DNA of 64,000 bases, taken from IMG/VR virus record IMGVR_UViG_3300031088_000740; one strand, 5' to 3'. The position numbers were made by a program, and so were the translations under genes. Numbering within the stretch: the first letter of the stretch is position 1; each line of letters begins with the position of its first letter. This document shows positions 9,309 to 18,859 of this stretch, in pieces. Source of the stretch: an uncultured virus (IMG/VR IMGVR_UViG_3300031088_000740). Taxonomy: Duplodnaviria; Heunggongvirae; Uroviricota; Caudoviricetes. The notes under the pieces are model-generated. The model was not told the DNA's origin and made no database searches. It worked only from the letters and a program-made list of their open reading frames with translations.

Positions 9309-10277
9309 GTGAGCGCACCGGCAGGTTGGTATACCGACCCCGAAAACGAGCAAAACGTTCGTTGGTGGACAGGCGAAAAATGGACTACTTACGTTGAACC
9401 GCGTATCAAGAAGCTAGTACCTGAAGAAGAGCCATACGGCGCTAATATCAAGCGCATGGAGCCTTATCTCATAGGCAAGCCCACACGCCCAACAAAGCCG
9501 TTCAACACTCGTAACTTTAGTGCTGGTCTAGTCATGCCAGGTATCAGCATTGACCTACCGGACAAGGACGCAGTAGCTCTGCCAGGTGCGCAGGAGGTAT
9601 CCGGTAAGACTCGCGGTATCTTCCGATTGCCAGGATTCCGAAAGTACAGGAAGCGAATTCACAAGTTCGAACTTGTATTGGAGCCATACGCCAATGGCGA
9701 GTACGACGTAGCAATTCGATTCAAGAAGAAGACCGTTGGGTACCTCACTGATTTCTGGGTTCCCGTCTACCTACCATTCCTCAAACAGCTAGAGGAAGAG
9801 GGTCGTGACATTCATGTGGACGGTCGAGAGTACAACACTCTTGGCGGTAGAAGCGTTATGGTGTTCATGCCCAAGCCAGAAGAGTTCGCAATTTGGTTGA
9901 GCACTCCTTCACACCTTAGGCGTTCGCACCCACCTCGCCTTGAAGAGTCCGGTGCCTACCTTCAAAACATTGGTGAGAACACCCCATTCATCCTGAGCAA
10001 GCTTCAGAACAGGACCGCGCTACACGCAGATGTTCAGTACGAACTGAAGCTCATCAATAGCGGTGACTATGCAGGTATGCAGCAGATCATCGTCAAGATA
10101 GACGGCGGAATTATTGGAGAGGTGTCACCATTCTTCGCCACGCAATTCCCTACGTTCTATGCCAGTGTCGTCGAGAACGGTGTGCGCAAGGGTCGCATCT
10201 ACATTGACCGTCTTGGTAAGCAGTCCGGTGTCAATCACAAGGGACTCAGAGTAATTTCTTTCGTGCAACACAACTAG
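9309..10277 (+). CDS. DUF2510-domain protein with possible HIRAN-like region
   Basis: APAGWYTDP...VRWWTGEKWT; LEPYAN.YDVAI...VGYL. Confidence 0.7.
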   Translation: MSAPAGWYTDPENEQNVRWWTGEKWTTYVEPRIKKLVPEEEPYGANIKRMEPYLIGKPTRPTKPFNTRNFSAGLVMPGISIDLPDKDAVALPGAQEVSGKTRGIFRLPGFRKYRKRIHKFELVLEPYANGEYDVAIRFKKKTVGYLTDFWVPVYLPFLKQLEEEGRDIHVDGREYNTLGGRSVMVFMPKPEEFAIWLSTPSHLRRSHPPRLEESGAYLQNIGENTPFILSKLQNRTALHADVQYELKLINSGDYAGMQQIIVKIDGGIIGEVSPFFATQFPTFYASVVENGVRKGRIYIDRLGKQSGVNHKGLRVISFVQHN

Positions 10278-10295
10278 TCAACAGGAGGGTTCTCA

Positions 10296-10856
10296 ATGTC
10301 GGAATCAACGTATGGTGCTGCAACAATGATTGCAGCCGCCTATCACAGTAACGACAAGGAGACCCTAGACTTTTTGGCTCAGGGTGTTGACACTGGGATG
10401 GTGACAGCATCTACATTCCAGTTAATCCACATGCTTCTTCACAGTATCCCTGGCGGTCGCGTATCTAACAGAGCGTTCGATATCAGGGAAGAAGCTTTTG
10501 ACTACTTCGCAGAGCATGTATCGAAGCAAGCAGTCAAGGTCTCAGCGCTCACAGGAGCAGATCCTAGGGATGTTGTGACCGCTACCACTACCGTGGTCAT
10601 GGGAAGCATTGTTCCCCTCCTAGAAGGTGAATCTACGCCTACAGTCAATGTCGAACAAGAGGGTATCAACACATATGCGTTTTACATCCTCATGGCTTCG
10701 ATAGCGGAGGCTGCGGTGGAGTCTTTTAGAGCTTACGTTCCACTGACCGACATCTTCGACAAGATTGGCTCGGAGCCTACCTACGAGGAAGCAAGCAACC
10801 TTTTGTTGGCGCTATTACCTGCTCTGGTGTCCAACCAACTGCGCACCTCAAACTAG
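10296..10856 (+). CDS. hypothetical protein
   Basis: Strong RBS aggagg. Confidence 0.65.
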   Translation: MSESTYGAATMIAAAYHSNDKETLDFLAQGVDTGMVTASTFQLIHMLLHSIPGGRVSNRAFDIREEAFDYFAEHVSKQAVKVSALTGADPRDVVTATTTVVMGSIVPLLEGESTPTVNVEQEGINTYAFYILMASIAEAAVESFRAYVPLTDIFDKIGSEPTYEEASNLLLALLPALVSNQLRTSN

Positions 10857-10857
10857 A

Positions 10858-11316
10858 TTAGTCCTCAGGGGTCCATACTTCGATGTCGATGTCGAAAGCA
10901 TCGGCAGCTTCGTCAAGAACTACCTTGACATCATCCCAGTGCAGACCACCGATACCGCATCCAATACGAGGTAGCGCGATGACCTCTACGTCATTGTATG
11001 CAGAGAGAAGCTGGGTGATGGCATCCGAGATACCCTCACGAAGGAATGCGATGGTAGCGTGCTTACCAGGCAAGTCCTGCGAGGCGATGTTCAGGACAAT
11101 GTAATCGGACTTCGGGTCTTCCCACACCCAGGTGGTACCCGCCAGGAAATTGTTGGCACGGCAGATCTCGACGTACTCTTGCTTCATATCGGGGAATCGG
11201 TTGCCAAACTCCCTTGCGATACCCGCATTCATCAGACCCTTGATATTGACACCCTGACCAACGATATTCGCCTTGGTTTCAAAGAGCTTGCCGGAGTACT
11301 CGATTAGATTTCCCAT
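10858..11316 (-). CDS. macrodomain protein (ADP-ribose binding/hydrolase, DarG/TARG1-like)
   Basis: QGVNIKGLMNAGIAREF..RFP; IALPRIGCGIGGLHW; leaderless promoter TTGATT-17-TACTGT at 11323-11351. Confidence 0.88.
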   Translation of the reverse strand: MGNLIEYSGKLFETKANIVGQGVNIKGLMNAGIAREFGNRFPDMKQEYVEICRANNFLAGTTWVWEDPKSDYIVLNIASQDLPGKHATIAFLREGISDAITQLLSAYNDVEVIALPRIGCGIGGLHWDDVKVVLDEAADAFDIDIEVWTPED

Positions 11317-11354
11317 GACACAACAGTAGCGGTATCTGTCACGATAATCAAGCA

Positions 11355-11468
11355 AACCAAAAACCGCCCCTGCTAGGCAGAAGGCGGTTAGAAGTTTGAG
11401 AGGGAAAGCAGAAGAGCAAGTTAATTTATCCGAAAAGTTATAGAAGGAAGCTCTTCAAAAGCCCTACA
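11355..11468 (-). ncRNA. candidate stand-alone small RNA downstream of the TerD-domain gene
   Basis: Own promoter TAGACA-17-TATATT (11474-11502); AGGG..GAAGAGC/GCTCTTC..CCCT stem; terminator 11359-11389; no ORF. Confidence 0.6.
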
Positions 11469-11527
11469 AGATGAATATAGCACGGTGGTAGATGAATGTC
11501 TAGTCGTTTCCGAAAATACCTGGAAGA

Positions 11528-11570
11528 AAAACGAAGGTGCTGTACCTATGCGATACAGCACCTTCGTTTT
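11528..11570 (-). terminator. intrinsic terminator of the TerD-domain gene
   Basis: Perfect 17-bp inverted repeat aaaacgaaggtgctgta / tacagcaccttcgtttt. Confidence 0.8.
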
Positions 11571-13854
11571 AGACCCACTCAGACAGAATCTGATCGGTTC
11601 CTACTACCTCGCCATTGATGGTGACGCGACCTCGGTTGATGTCAACTACCACATCTGCCTCGTCACGGTCACTAACCAGAGTTCCTCGCGTTGCGTTGGA
11701 TGAGAATACATCGTGTAGCGAAGCTGTCTTGCTCTCAACGATACCGCGAACGGCTCGGGAGATAGCAGACTCGTTGTTTCCAACGTTGTTCGCATAACGA
11801 GATCTAGCCGTAACCGCAAGGTCGGTCCAGATGAATGCAGCCTCTTCAAGATCGACGACTAGGGGCATAGCCATCGTTCCGGGAACGGTCACGTCGAAAG
11901 CGTTGTGCAGCGTACGAGGCTCGAAGATTTCACCCTTCTGAGCACCCTTACGTGCCATAACGCCAGCGAATACCTCGGGAAGCGAGTCAAAGCTCTGGTG
12001 AGTGAACGAGTTCACCATCATAGCGATGTAGCGGTTGCCTCGCTTGAGCATCTTCTCTCGGTTGATGTCAATGAACTCAGCAGCACCCTTGGGAGCGGAA
12101 GTGATGTCACCGGAGTGAGCACCGCCCTCGTTCCTGAGGTTGTAGTAAGCCAAATCACCCGTAACGGAGAAGTTCTCGTCGAGGTATACAGCCGACAGAT
12201 CAAGGTCAGTCCTGCTGCTGCCATCGGTCCACCAGATGAAGAATCGAACGGTGTTCAGGTTCTTATCGAAGTATCCACGAGTTCCACGACCGACAGGGTT
12301 GAGCGACTTGGAAGCCGAGCGCGCACCAAACGGCACGGTGTAGTCCTTCAGCGAATCACTGATGAACACCTTACCGAGGTCACTACGCTTGCGGTAAATG
12401 GCACCGAGCGCAGAGCTAACACGCTCAATGACACCTTCAGCAACATCGTCGTCTAGCTCTACCAGAGGCGCATCCGCCACCTGAATCTTGGATGCACGAC
12501 CCTTCGGCATGAAGCTTCGACTAAGCTTGGGGTTCTTGCCAGCAACCAAGTGGCGGTTAGCATAGAAGCCCATTAGCTGCCATAGGACAGGCGTTGCCAC
12601 GTCAGTAGCAACCTCATCGAAAGCGTCGAGAACATCAACCTTGTTGATGGCTGTACGAAGAACCTTGTCGAGACGACGCGCAAAGACACCAGGGCGCTTT
12701 GCGAGCAGATCTACTAGGTCAGTGATGTCCTTGGCGTTAGCCTTGACATTGGAGTTGGCGAAAGAGATCTCGGCACACGTGATGAGAGCCTCAACCTTGG
12801 AGGTGTAGGTCTCGAAACGAGATCCATCGCTGTTCTTACCGTTGCTTCGCACGATGGCAGCAGCAGCGACAGCATTGGGTGCAGACTTGATGTAGTCGCC
12901 AATGTGCAGCGAGTGAGCAAGAATCTTCCACAGTGCGACATTGCGCAGCATGTCCTCAGCGATTTGCTCTACTCGTCCACCAGAAATGGACTCCAAGCGC
13001 TGAACTAGCGCGCGTCGAATGTACTTCGGCTGGCTAGCAAACCGAACGGCAGACACTCCGTTTCCGGAAAGCGACACATCGCCGCCAGAGAGCGCGACAG
13101 CAACACGAAGAACGTCAGTTGCGGTAGCGGCGCGAGTAAGAGACTCTGCAAACACATCGTGCTTGCCAGCATCCTTTGCCGCGACGATGAACGAGGCGAG
13201 CACCTCCTTGTTCGGGATGGTGATAGGTACGAGGCTGGTCAGGGCATTGCCCTCGCGCGCAGCAACGAACCACTTGGCATCGGCTAGCTCGGTAGCACCC
13301 CATGAGGACTTCATGGAGAGAAGGCTAGTGAAGATGCCGTCGAACTCATCCTCGGCAGCGGCGTATGACGCACCTCGCTTGGTCATGCCAATGACACGAA
13401 GCTCGGTCAGATCGTCAAAGCGATCCTTGTCGAGTGGAGCGCGCTCACCAATCTCAGATACAGGAGTGATGCGGAGACCAAACCTGTCACCAATGTAGTG
13501 CAGGACACTGTTGGTGTAGAGATATGCCTCGGTAGCATCGATGACCTGCTCCGGGAAGTTAGGGTACATCGGCTTGTACGTACGGCTTGCACCGGTAGCC
13601 TTGCGGATGACGGAGACAACCTCGTTGAAGTACTGAGCGAGGTCTGCATTGCTCAACTTGGTCGAGAGCGCTGCACTGATAAGCTCTTCGGAGAAGCGGT
13701 ATCCGAGAAGCTCGATGTTCTGAGCGGCGGTCGCAACCAACTGGTGCTTTGTGACACCAGAAATTCGGGTGCCGGTCGGGCTGTCAACTGCACCCTTGAC
13801 AGGTGCCACAACTGCGCCCCTACGGCGGAACAGGATATCCTTATTGATGCTCAT
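11569..13854 (-). CDS. large helical protein with C-terminal TerD-like domain
   Basis: PMYPNFPEQV, RPGVFARRLD, TDLDLSA, HSGDITSAP.GAAEFIDI; start MSINKD after gaaagagg. Confidence 0.8.
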   Translation of the reverse strand: MSINKDILFRRRGAVVAPVKGAVDSPTGTRISGVTKHQLVATAAQNIELLGYRFSEELISAALSTKLSNADLAQYFNEVVSVIRKATGASRTYKPMYPNFPEQVIDATEAYLYTNSVLHYIGDRFGLRITPVSEIGERAPLDKDRFDDLTELRVIGMTKRGASYAAAEDEFDGIFTSLLSMKSSWGATELADAKWFVAAREGNALTSLVPITIPNKEVLASFIVAAKDAGKHDVFAESLTRAATATDVLRVAVALSGGDVSLSGNGVSAVRFASQPKYIRRALVQRLESISGGRVEQIAEDMLRNVALWKILAHSLHIGDYIKSAPNAVAAAAIVRSNGKNSDGSRFETYTSKVEALITCAEISFANSNVKANAKDITDLVDLLAKRPGVFARRLDKVLRTAINKVDVLDAFDEVATDVATPVLWQLMGFYANRHLVAGKNPKLSRSFMPKGRASKIQVADAPLVELDDDVAEGVIERVSSALGAIYRKRSDLGKVFISDSLKDYTVPFGARSASKSLNPVGRGTRGYFDKNLNTVRFFIWWTDGSSRTDLDLSAVYLDENFSVTGDLAYYNLRNEGGAHSGDITSAPKGAAEFIDINREKMLKRGNRYIAMMVNSFTHQSFDSLPEVFAGVMARKGAQKGEIFEPRTLHNAFDVTVPGTMAMPLVVDLEEAAFIWTDLAVTARSRYANNVGNNESAISRAVRGIVESKTASLHDVFSSNATRGTLVSDRDEADVVVDINRGRVTINGEVVGTDQILSEWV

Positions 13855-13969
13855 GCTTACCTCTTTCACTTGTGGAAGCGCATGACACTTCCAGCCATGC
13901 ACGTGCACGGCTAACGATTTTCAACTGACTGACTATCGCATCGTACCACGCTGTAGATGCGTCCGGGTA

Positions 13970-14332
13970 TCAGTTGGAGAGAATTTTAATGGGGGTCTGG
14001 TACATCGGGTCAAAGCGGCGGTGCTTGTAACCCACCTCATCGAGAATGCGAGCGATGAGATTTGCTCCACCCCAAGAGCTTGTGTGAATCACGAATTCGG
14101 ACACGTTGAGGGGCGTTCCCTTGCGATGTGCGTCGATGGCGAAGTCAGTGAACTTCATGATGTCGTCACCACGACCCAGGCTGAAATCAAGCCAAACCTC
14201 GTCGTAGTGCTCAGTACTCACCGAGCCATCCTCATTGGTGAAATGATCGATTGCGTCACCAGTGTTGCGAAACACCGTGTGCTCTCGGTTGTCGAGAAAG
14301 TCACGCTCATCATCAATAAGGATCGTCTTCAT
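13970..14332 (-). CDS. receiver-like (cyclic-phosphate-processing) domain protein
   Basis: ILIDDER, EVWLDFSLG, IHTSS; promoter TTGACA-18-TACAGT. Confidence 0.65.
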   Translation of the reverse strand: MKTILIDDERDFLDNREHTVFRNTGDAIDHFTNEDGSVSTEHYDEVWLDFSLGRGDDIMKFTDFAIDAHRKGTPLNVSEFVIHTSSWGGANLIARILDEVGYKHRRFDPMYQTPIKILSN

Positions 14333-14458
14333 ATGACAACTGTAGGCGTAAGGGCATCACATTGTCAACTAGCTTGACATAACTGAGAAAATGCTGAAAC
14401 TAGTCCATCAAATCGCATAAGCAATTTTTGACCCCTATAATGGTTACAAAGGAGGGGC

Positions 14459-14845
14459 ATGATGACTATTGCACCAGAACTAGCACCGGTAGCGGTGGAG
14501 TACGACTATCTTGATACTGATAGTTTCGACCTCGTAACACCAAAGACAATGATCCAGCATTGGGGATCTTCGGCTTTGGCTGAGGAGGCGCAGAATCCTT
14601 CGTGGTACAACCACAAGTCTGAAGTACTCTGGGCTATCGCTGTTCATCCGAATGGGTCGGATGAACTAGTTCAGATGGCATTGGCATCGAATGAGCACCT
14701 ACCAAGCGACCTGATCGAACACCTGATTAGGGTCACGCCCTCCACGCGGGTTCTACACACGCTTATCGCAACTCAGGCACTTGACGACCCTATGACGCAA
14801 CGTGCCCGCCATGCGATTGAAAGCATATCCGCGCTACGTAACTGA
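14459..14845 (+). CDS. small helical-repeat (leucine-rich-variant-like) protein
   Basis: WAIAVHPN, ALASNEHLPSDLIEHL; RBS aaggagg. Confidence 0.55.
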   Translation: MMTIAPELAPVAVEYDYLDTDSFDLVTPKTMIQHWGSSALAEEAQNPSWYNHKSEVLWAIAVHPNGSDELVQMALASNEHLPSDLIEHLIRVTPSTRVLHTLIATQALDDPMTQRARHAIESISALRN

Positions 14846-14859
14846 ACAGCAGTAACACG

Positions 14860-14898
14860 AAGAAGCCCCCTTGATGCAGGAGATCAAGGGGGCTTCTT
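14860..14898. terminator. bidirectional intrinsic terminator
   Basis: aagaagcccccttgat / atcaagggggcttctt. Confidence 0.75.
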
Positions 14899-15001
14899 AT
14901 CGGATTAGCAGGGCAACTAACTCTTCTTAGAGAATAGGGTAGACCCTGATGTCATCCATAGAAAGCGCCCTCTACCGCGTACTTTATGACCACAACTGGG
15001 G

Positions 15002-17251
15002 TCATTTTGCCGCCAATCGAGAAGAATAGATGGAGTACAGGAACTCGAATCTTGCTTCATCGTTATCTTCGCCCGAGTAACCATAGGCGGCATCCACACT
15101 ACTGTTGAGCGCATCATGAGCCTCTTCGAGGTCTTGTGGCATGGAGGAATACATCTTACCCAACGGGAGGCTATTGTTCTCGTCGCGCACTACTAGAATA
15201 TTGCGAGCGGCTTCTGAAATGCGTTCTTCGCTCGTGCCATCTTCCATCCACGGGAATGTGTTGTACGTACTGGCGACAGAGTAGCTATAGTCATTACCCC
15301 CGCCCAGCCGAGCCGACGTGTTGCGCATCCATGCCATATGCATAGACGAACTAAGCACACCAAAGTGATAGTCAGTTGCCCCCGCAATGGTTTTGAGTGC
15401 ATTACTTGCGATGGTAGTTGGCTCCAAGAACTTCATGGGTATGTACGCCCTACCTGCTGAAGAGGAAGTTGGGATGGCAAGATACCGCTCTGTTGGTTGC
15501 CGAATCTCATCGAACAAATCAGACTTTTCAGCAGCTTTTCTCGTCTCCTTCTTGGTAGATGCTTCGCGCTGAATACGAATGCTGTCGATGCGAGCTTTGA
15601 TAACCGGGTGGTCTAGGACTTCAGCAGGTGCGTCTACCAGCCACATGCAGTATTGCTCAGTTCCCTTTGTGAGTTCATCAGCGCCAATGAACAGAGGAAG
15701 CCATCTCTCCAGGAACGGGTATTTCGATACCAGCAAATGCCTTTCCACTTTATCGACAATGAATGCCTTACCTCGGGGAAGGTTACCAAGATCAGCACTG
15801 GGTATCCCAGGACTGAGGACACGACCTCTCACAGCCTCAACAGCAGCGACGTTTAGTGGTGTGAGACCACCGTTGATGTGCTCGACAGGACGACTCTCAG
15901 CACCAGTGATAATCTGCTTGGAGGCAAACGTCCCAGACAGACCGAATGCAACAATAACCACCGTCACAGAAGCCCTCCCTGATGCTTCGTTAGACCACTT
16001 GAAGGATGGGTATGCGAATCCAATTTCCATATCGCGTTCAAACATCCATGACCAGAGGTTCGGTATATGTGAACCTTGTGAGATGGAGTTGGTTGATACA
16101 AAAGCGGCTTTTGTAGGTATAGTGGCGTATTTCTCTTCTATAGCTGGATTTACCACTTTTGCAGCATCGCTACTTTCCCAAAGGTCGAATAGCTCGTTGG
16201 TCTCCGTTCGACCCTCAATGAAAGCAGCAGCTTTGATGAACCATGCAGCAACAAGATCCAGAGAGTTCCACGTCTTGATGCCAAACTTCTTTCCGACAAG
16301 TTGCATGTCGAGCTTCTGCTCTTTTGGCATCTTCAAGGCACCCCGGAACGGCGGGTTGCCCACGATGAATGAACATTCGGATGGTGCGATGACATCTTCC
16401 CAGTCCACAGTCAGAGCATTTCCAACGGTGATGGTGGGTGAAGATGATGAGACGATATCAACGCCGAATTTTACCGTTGCCTCCACGTTCATCTGATGTT
16501 CTGTGATGGCTAGTGCAAGTCGAGCGACGAGTGCAGCTTCCTCATTGATTTCGATGCCATAGAACTGAGACAGTAATACAGAATGGTCAGATTGATTCCG
16601 TCCTAGACCCAAGGATTCAAGGGCAGAGAACTGCAATCGCCTCAACTGTTGGTAGATGACGATCAAGAACGATGCACAACCAACGGCGGGGTCCAAGAAG
16701 GTCACGGCACTCACCTCTTGGCGAATAAGCTCCGGGTCGATAGCAGCACGCTCCATCAATGAGTCGAGGAAGAGTGGACCAATCACCTTCATGATGTTTT
16801 CTTCGCTTGTGTAGTGTGCCCCGAACTCACGACGCTTGCCACCTCCGTGACTCAATTCGTCGGTTACTTCCTTGCTACCCATTTCGAGCACTCCTTGGAA
16901 TGCCGATCCAAAGACAAGTGGACTGACATCAGACCAAGCAACCTTTCTGCAATCATCGATGCAACTCCACGTTGTATCCGTAATCAGGTCAGGGGTGAAT
17001 GCAGGAGCGGATAGACCGTCGATAGTGCTGCCAGTGGCAAATAGAGATTGCGCATCATGAGAGTCGAGCGCACTCTTGATTGCTCGCCATTGAGAGCCGA
17101 GATGAATCTGTTCGGAGAAGAAGGCGGCGATCAGAAAGGACGTGACTCGGCTCACCTCTTTGTGCGAGAAGGAGTCATCGACCACAAACTGCTGGTAGAG
17201 CCGCGCAATAGCACTGACCGCTAAGTCGTTGACGTTCTCTTCTTCACTCAT
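15002..17251 (-). CDS. MmeI-like (type IIL) adenine DNA methyltransferase with TRD, apparently lacking the N-terminal nuclease
   Basis: FGSAFQG, GAHYTSEENIMKVIGPLFLD, FLDPAVG, FYGIEI, GNPPF, FVSTNSISQG, FGVLSSSMHMAWMR, YNTFPW, VDAAYG. Confidence 0.85.
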   Translation of the reverse strand: MSEEENVNDLAVSAIARLYQQFVVDDSFSHKEVSRVTSFLIAAFFSEQIHLGSQWRAIKSALDSHDAQSLFATGSTIDGLSAPAFTPDLITDTTWSCIDDCRKVAWSDVSPLVFGSAFQGVLEMGSKEVTDELSHGGGKRREFGAHYTSEENIMKVIGPLFLDSLMERAAIDPELIRQEVSAVTFLDPAVGCASFLIVIYQQLRRLQFSALESLGLGRNQSDHSVLLSQFYGIEINEEAALVARLALAITEHQMNVEATVKFGVDIVSSSSPTITVGNALTVDWEDVIAPSECSFIVGNPPFRGALKMPKEQKLDMQLVGKKFGIKTWNSLDLVAAWFIKAAAFIEGRTETNELFDLWESSDAAKVVNPAIEEKYATIPTKAAFVSTNSISQGSHIPNLWSWMFERDMEIGFAYPSFKWSNEASGRASVTVVIVAFGLSGTFASKQIITGAESRPVEHINGGLTPLNVAAVEAVRGRVLSPGIPSADLGNLPRGKAFIVDKVERHLLVSKYPFLERWLPLFIGADELTKGTEQYCMWLVDAPAEVLDHPVIKARIDSIRIQREASTKKETRKAAEKSDLFDEIRQPTERYLAIPTSSSAGRAYIPMKFLEPTTIASNALKTIAGATDYHFGVLSSSMHMAWMRNTSARLGGGNDYSYSVASTYNTFPWMEDGTSEERISEAARNILVVRDENNSLPLGKMYSSMPQDLEEAHDALNSSVDAAYGYSGEDNDEARFEFLYSIYSSRLAAK

Positions 17252-17343
17252 GCTCGTAGGCTACCTGAAGGAATGTTCTGAAGCCAACATTTGTTTACAC
17301 AATGTACACACAACAAACGCTCAAGTAGCGGGAGGAAATAGGT

Positions 17344-17670
17344 ATGACAACCACAATCACATCAGTAGAGCAGTTCAAGGAAGTAACCGAGAACTCAGAA
17401 GGAACCCTCGTGGTTGACTTCTGGGCAGAGTGGTGCGGTCCCTGTCGCGCTGTGAGTCCAATCCTTGATTCGCTCGAAGGCGAAGGCAAGATTACAGTCG
17501 CAAAGGTGAACGTTGACGAGCAACCCGAACTAGCCCGTGCATTCAATGTCACAAGCATTCCGCTGATGCGCGTCTACAGCGACGGCAAGCTATCCGAAGA
17601 ACCCATCATCGGTGCTCGCCCAAAGCCTGCTCTGGAGCATGCAATCCAGCAGGCTAAGCTAGCCGCGTAA
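17344..17670 (+). CDS. trxA: thioredoxin
   Basis: VVDFWAEWCGPC, KVNVDE, SIP. Confidence 0.95.
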   Translation: MTTTITSVEQFKEVTENSEGTLVVDFWAEWCGPCRAVSPILDSLEGEGKITVAKVNVDEQPELARAFNVTSIPLMRVYSDGKLSEEPIIGARPKPALEHAIQQAKLAA

Positions 17671-17677
17671 TCAGAGT

Positions 17678-17713
17678 AGCCCTCGCGACCTATACCGCGA
17701 GGGCTTTGCTTTG
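17678..17713 (+). terminator. intrinsic terminator
   Basis: agccctcgcg / cgcgagggct followed by T-rich tail. Confidence 0.7.
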
Positions 17714-17824
17714 TCCAAAACCATCCAGCAACCTGTGTATACGTCCGAATGGACTCAGATTTGAGTCGATACCCCCAGAAGTGGTGTAGATTATCTACTT
17801 AATTGCAAGGGGCAGAAGCAGGGC

Positions 17825-18322
17825 ATGGGTCAAGAAGAACTTATCGATCAGGTATTCCTACGTTACTACGACGTACCAACTGATTTTGAAACCGAACCGC
17901 AAATTGCCGCCATTCGAATCGTAGGCGTTGACGAGCGCGGTCGTAATGGCGATGTCGTCAGGTACCAAACGGTCGCGCTGCGAGACGACCAGAGACCCAA
18001 AAGAGTCAGCGATAAGGTACGCACCATTTCTGTAGACGCGCTAGAAGCGAACTGGATTGTAGCTACACAGGATGTTGCCCTTAGTGACCGCGAGGTATAC
18101 GAGAACAGCATTGCTGTAGCCAGCAGCTTCCTCTCTTCATCACTCGCCATACCTGAATCACAGGCTTCGGCTATGGTTACTATCATTGCCGAAATGACAT
18201 CTCAAGCAGATAAGCGAAAGCTCAGTCGTGCCAGAGACCTCATTAGCAAGATAGGAACACCCGAGAAGCAGAACCAGCAAAATGCTGGCATTCTTTCCAT
18301 GAGCGCAATTATCGGTCGCTAG
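17825..18322 (+). CDS. hypothetical protein
   Basis: 165-aa ORF filling the intergenic space. Confidence 0.6.
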   Translation: MGQEELIDQVFLRYYDVPTDFETEPQIAAIRIVGVDERGRNGDVVRYQTVALRDDQRPKRVSDKVRTISVDALEANWIVATQDVALSDREVYENSIAVASSFLSSSLAIPESQASAMVTIIAEMTSQADKRKLSRARDLISKIGTPEKQNQQNAGILSMSAIIGR

Positions 18323-18798
18323 TCCATCACGATTACTACGGGCTTTGTGGGATCTTCAACCTCATCAGGTGTAAGCCCCGCTGCTCGCCATGCTAGTACC
18401 TGAGATGACGTGTAGCCAGCGTTACTCAACCGCACAATCTCATCGACTACCTCACGAGCGCCGCTCACGCCGTAGAACTGAACGTCAGGGGCTAGACCAA
18501 GTGCGACGAACCACTCACTCAGGTTTCGGACTTTAGCCCGTGAGAGAGCCTTCCAGTAGGGAGAAAGACCATAGTGTCGAGAGTATTCAAGAGCCTGGTC
18601 GGGCTTCACTCCGTTGGAAATCTGCCTGTGCCGCCACTCATCAAAGTCCTGCCCGCCCCAAGTGAACCCATTTGCGGTCATAAGGTCAGCGACCACAACC
18701 CAATAAGGATCGGGCGGCTGCTGATTGCGGTGAGCATAAGCCACGCGAGCCTTGATGCGCTCCTGCGAAGCCTTTGAACTCTTCTTTTTCTTAGACAT
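18319..18798 (-). CDS. hypothetical protein with W...G(L/V/Y)(T/K)P repeats
   Basis: NGVKPDQA, NAGYTSSQV, WRAAGLTPDEV. Confidence 0.6.
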   Translation of the reverse strand: MSKKKKSSKASQERIKARVAYAHRNQQPPDPYWVVVADLMTANGFTWGGQDFDEWRHRQISNGVKPDQALEYSRHYGLSPYWKALSRAKVRNLSEWFVALGLAPDVQFYGVSGAREVVDEIVRLSNAGYTSSQVLAWRAAGLTPDEVEDPTKPVVIVMD

Positions 18799-18807
18799 GA
18801 ATCTCCC

Positions 18808-18842
18808 AAGATGCCGCCTCTTGGATAGAGAGGCGGCATCTT
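18808..18842 (-). terminator. intrinsic terminator
   Basis: aagatgccgcctct / agaggcggcatctt. Confidence 0.7.
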
Positions 18843-18859
18843 ATGCTCGTGGTTGAGGG

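Noticed and set aside
14899..15001. Possible small RNA between the terminator and the methylase stop
   Set aside because: Only short weak hairpins and no convincing promoter.
15579..16496. 305-aa plus-strand ORF, and similar long opposite-strand ORFs such as 37857..38741, 4743..5318 and 11905..12456
   Set aside because: Lie antisense to well-supported genes and have no recognisable motifs.
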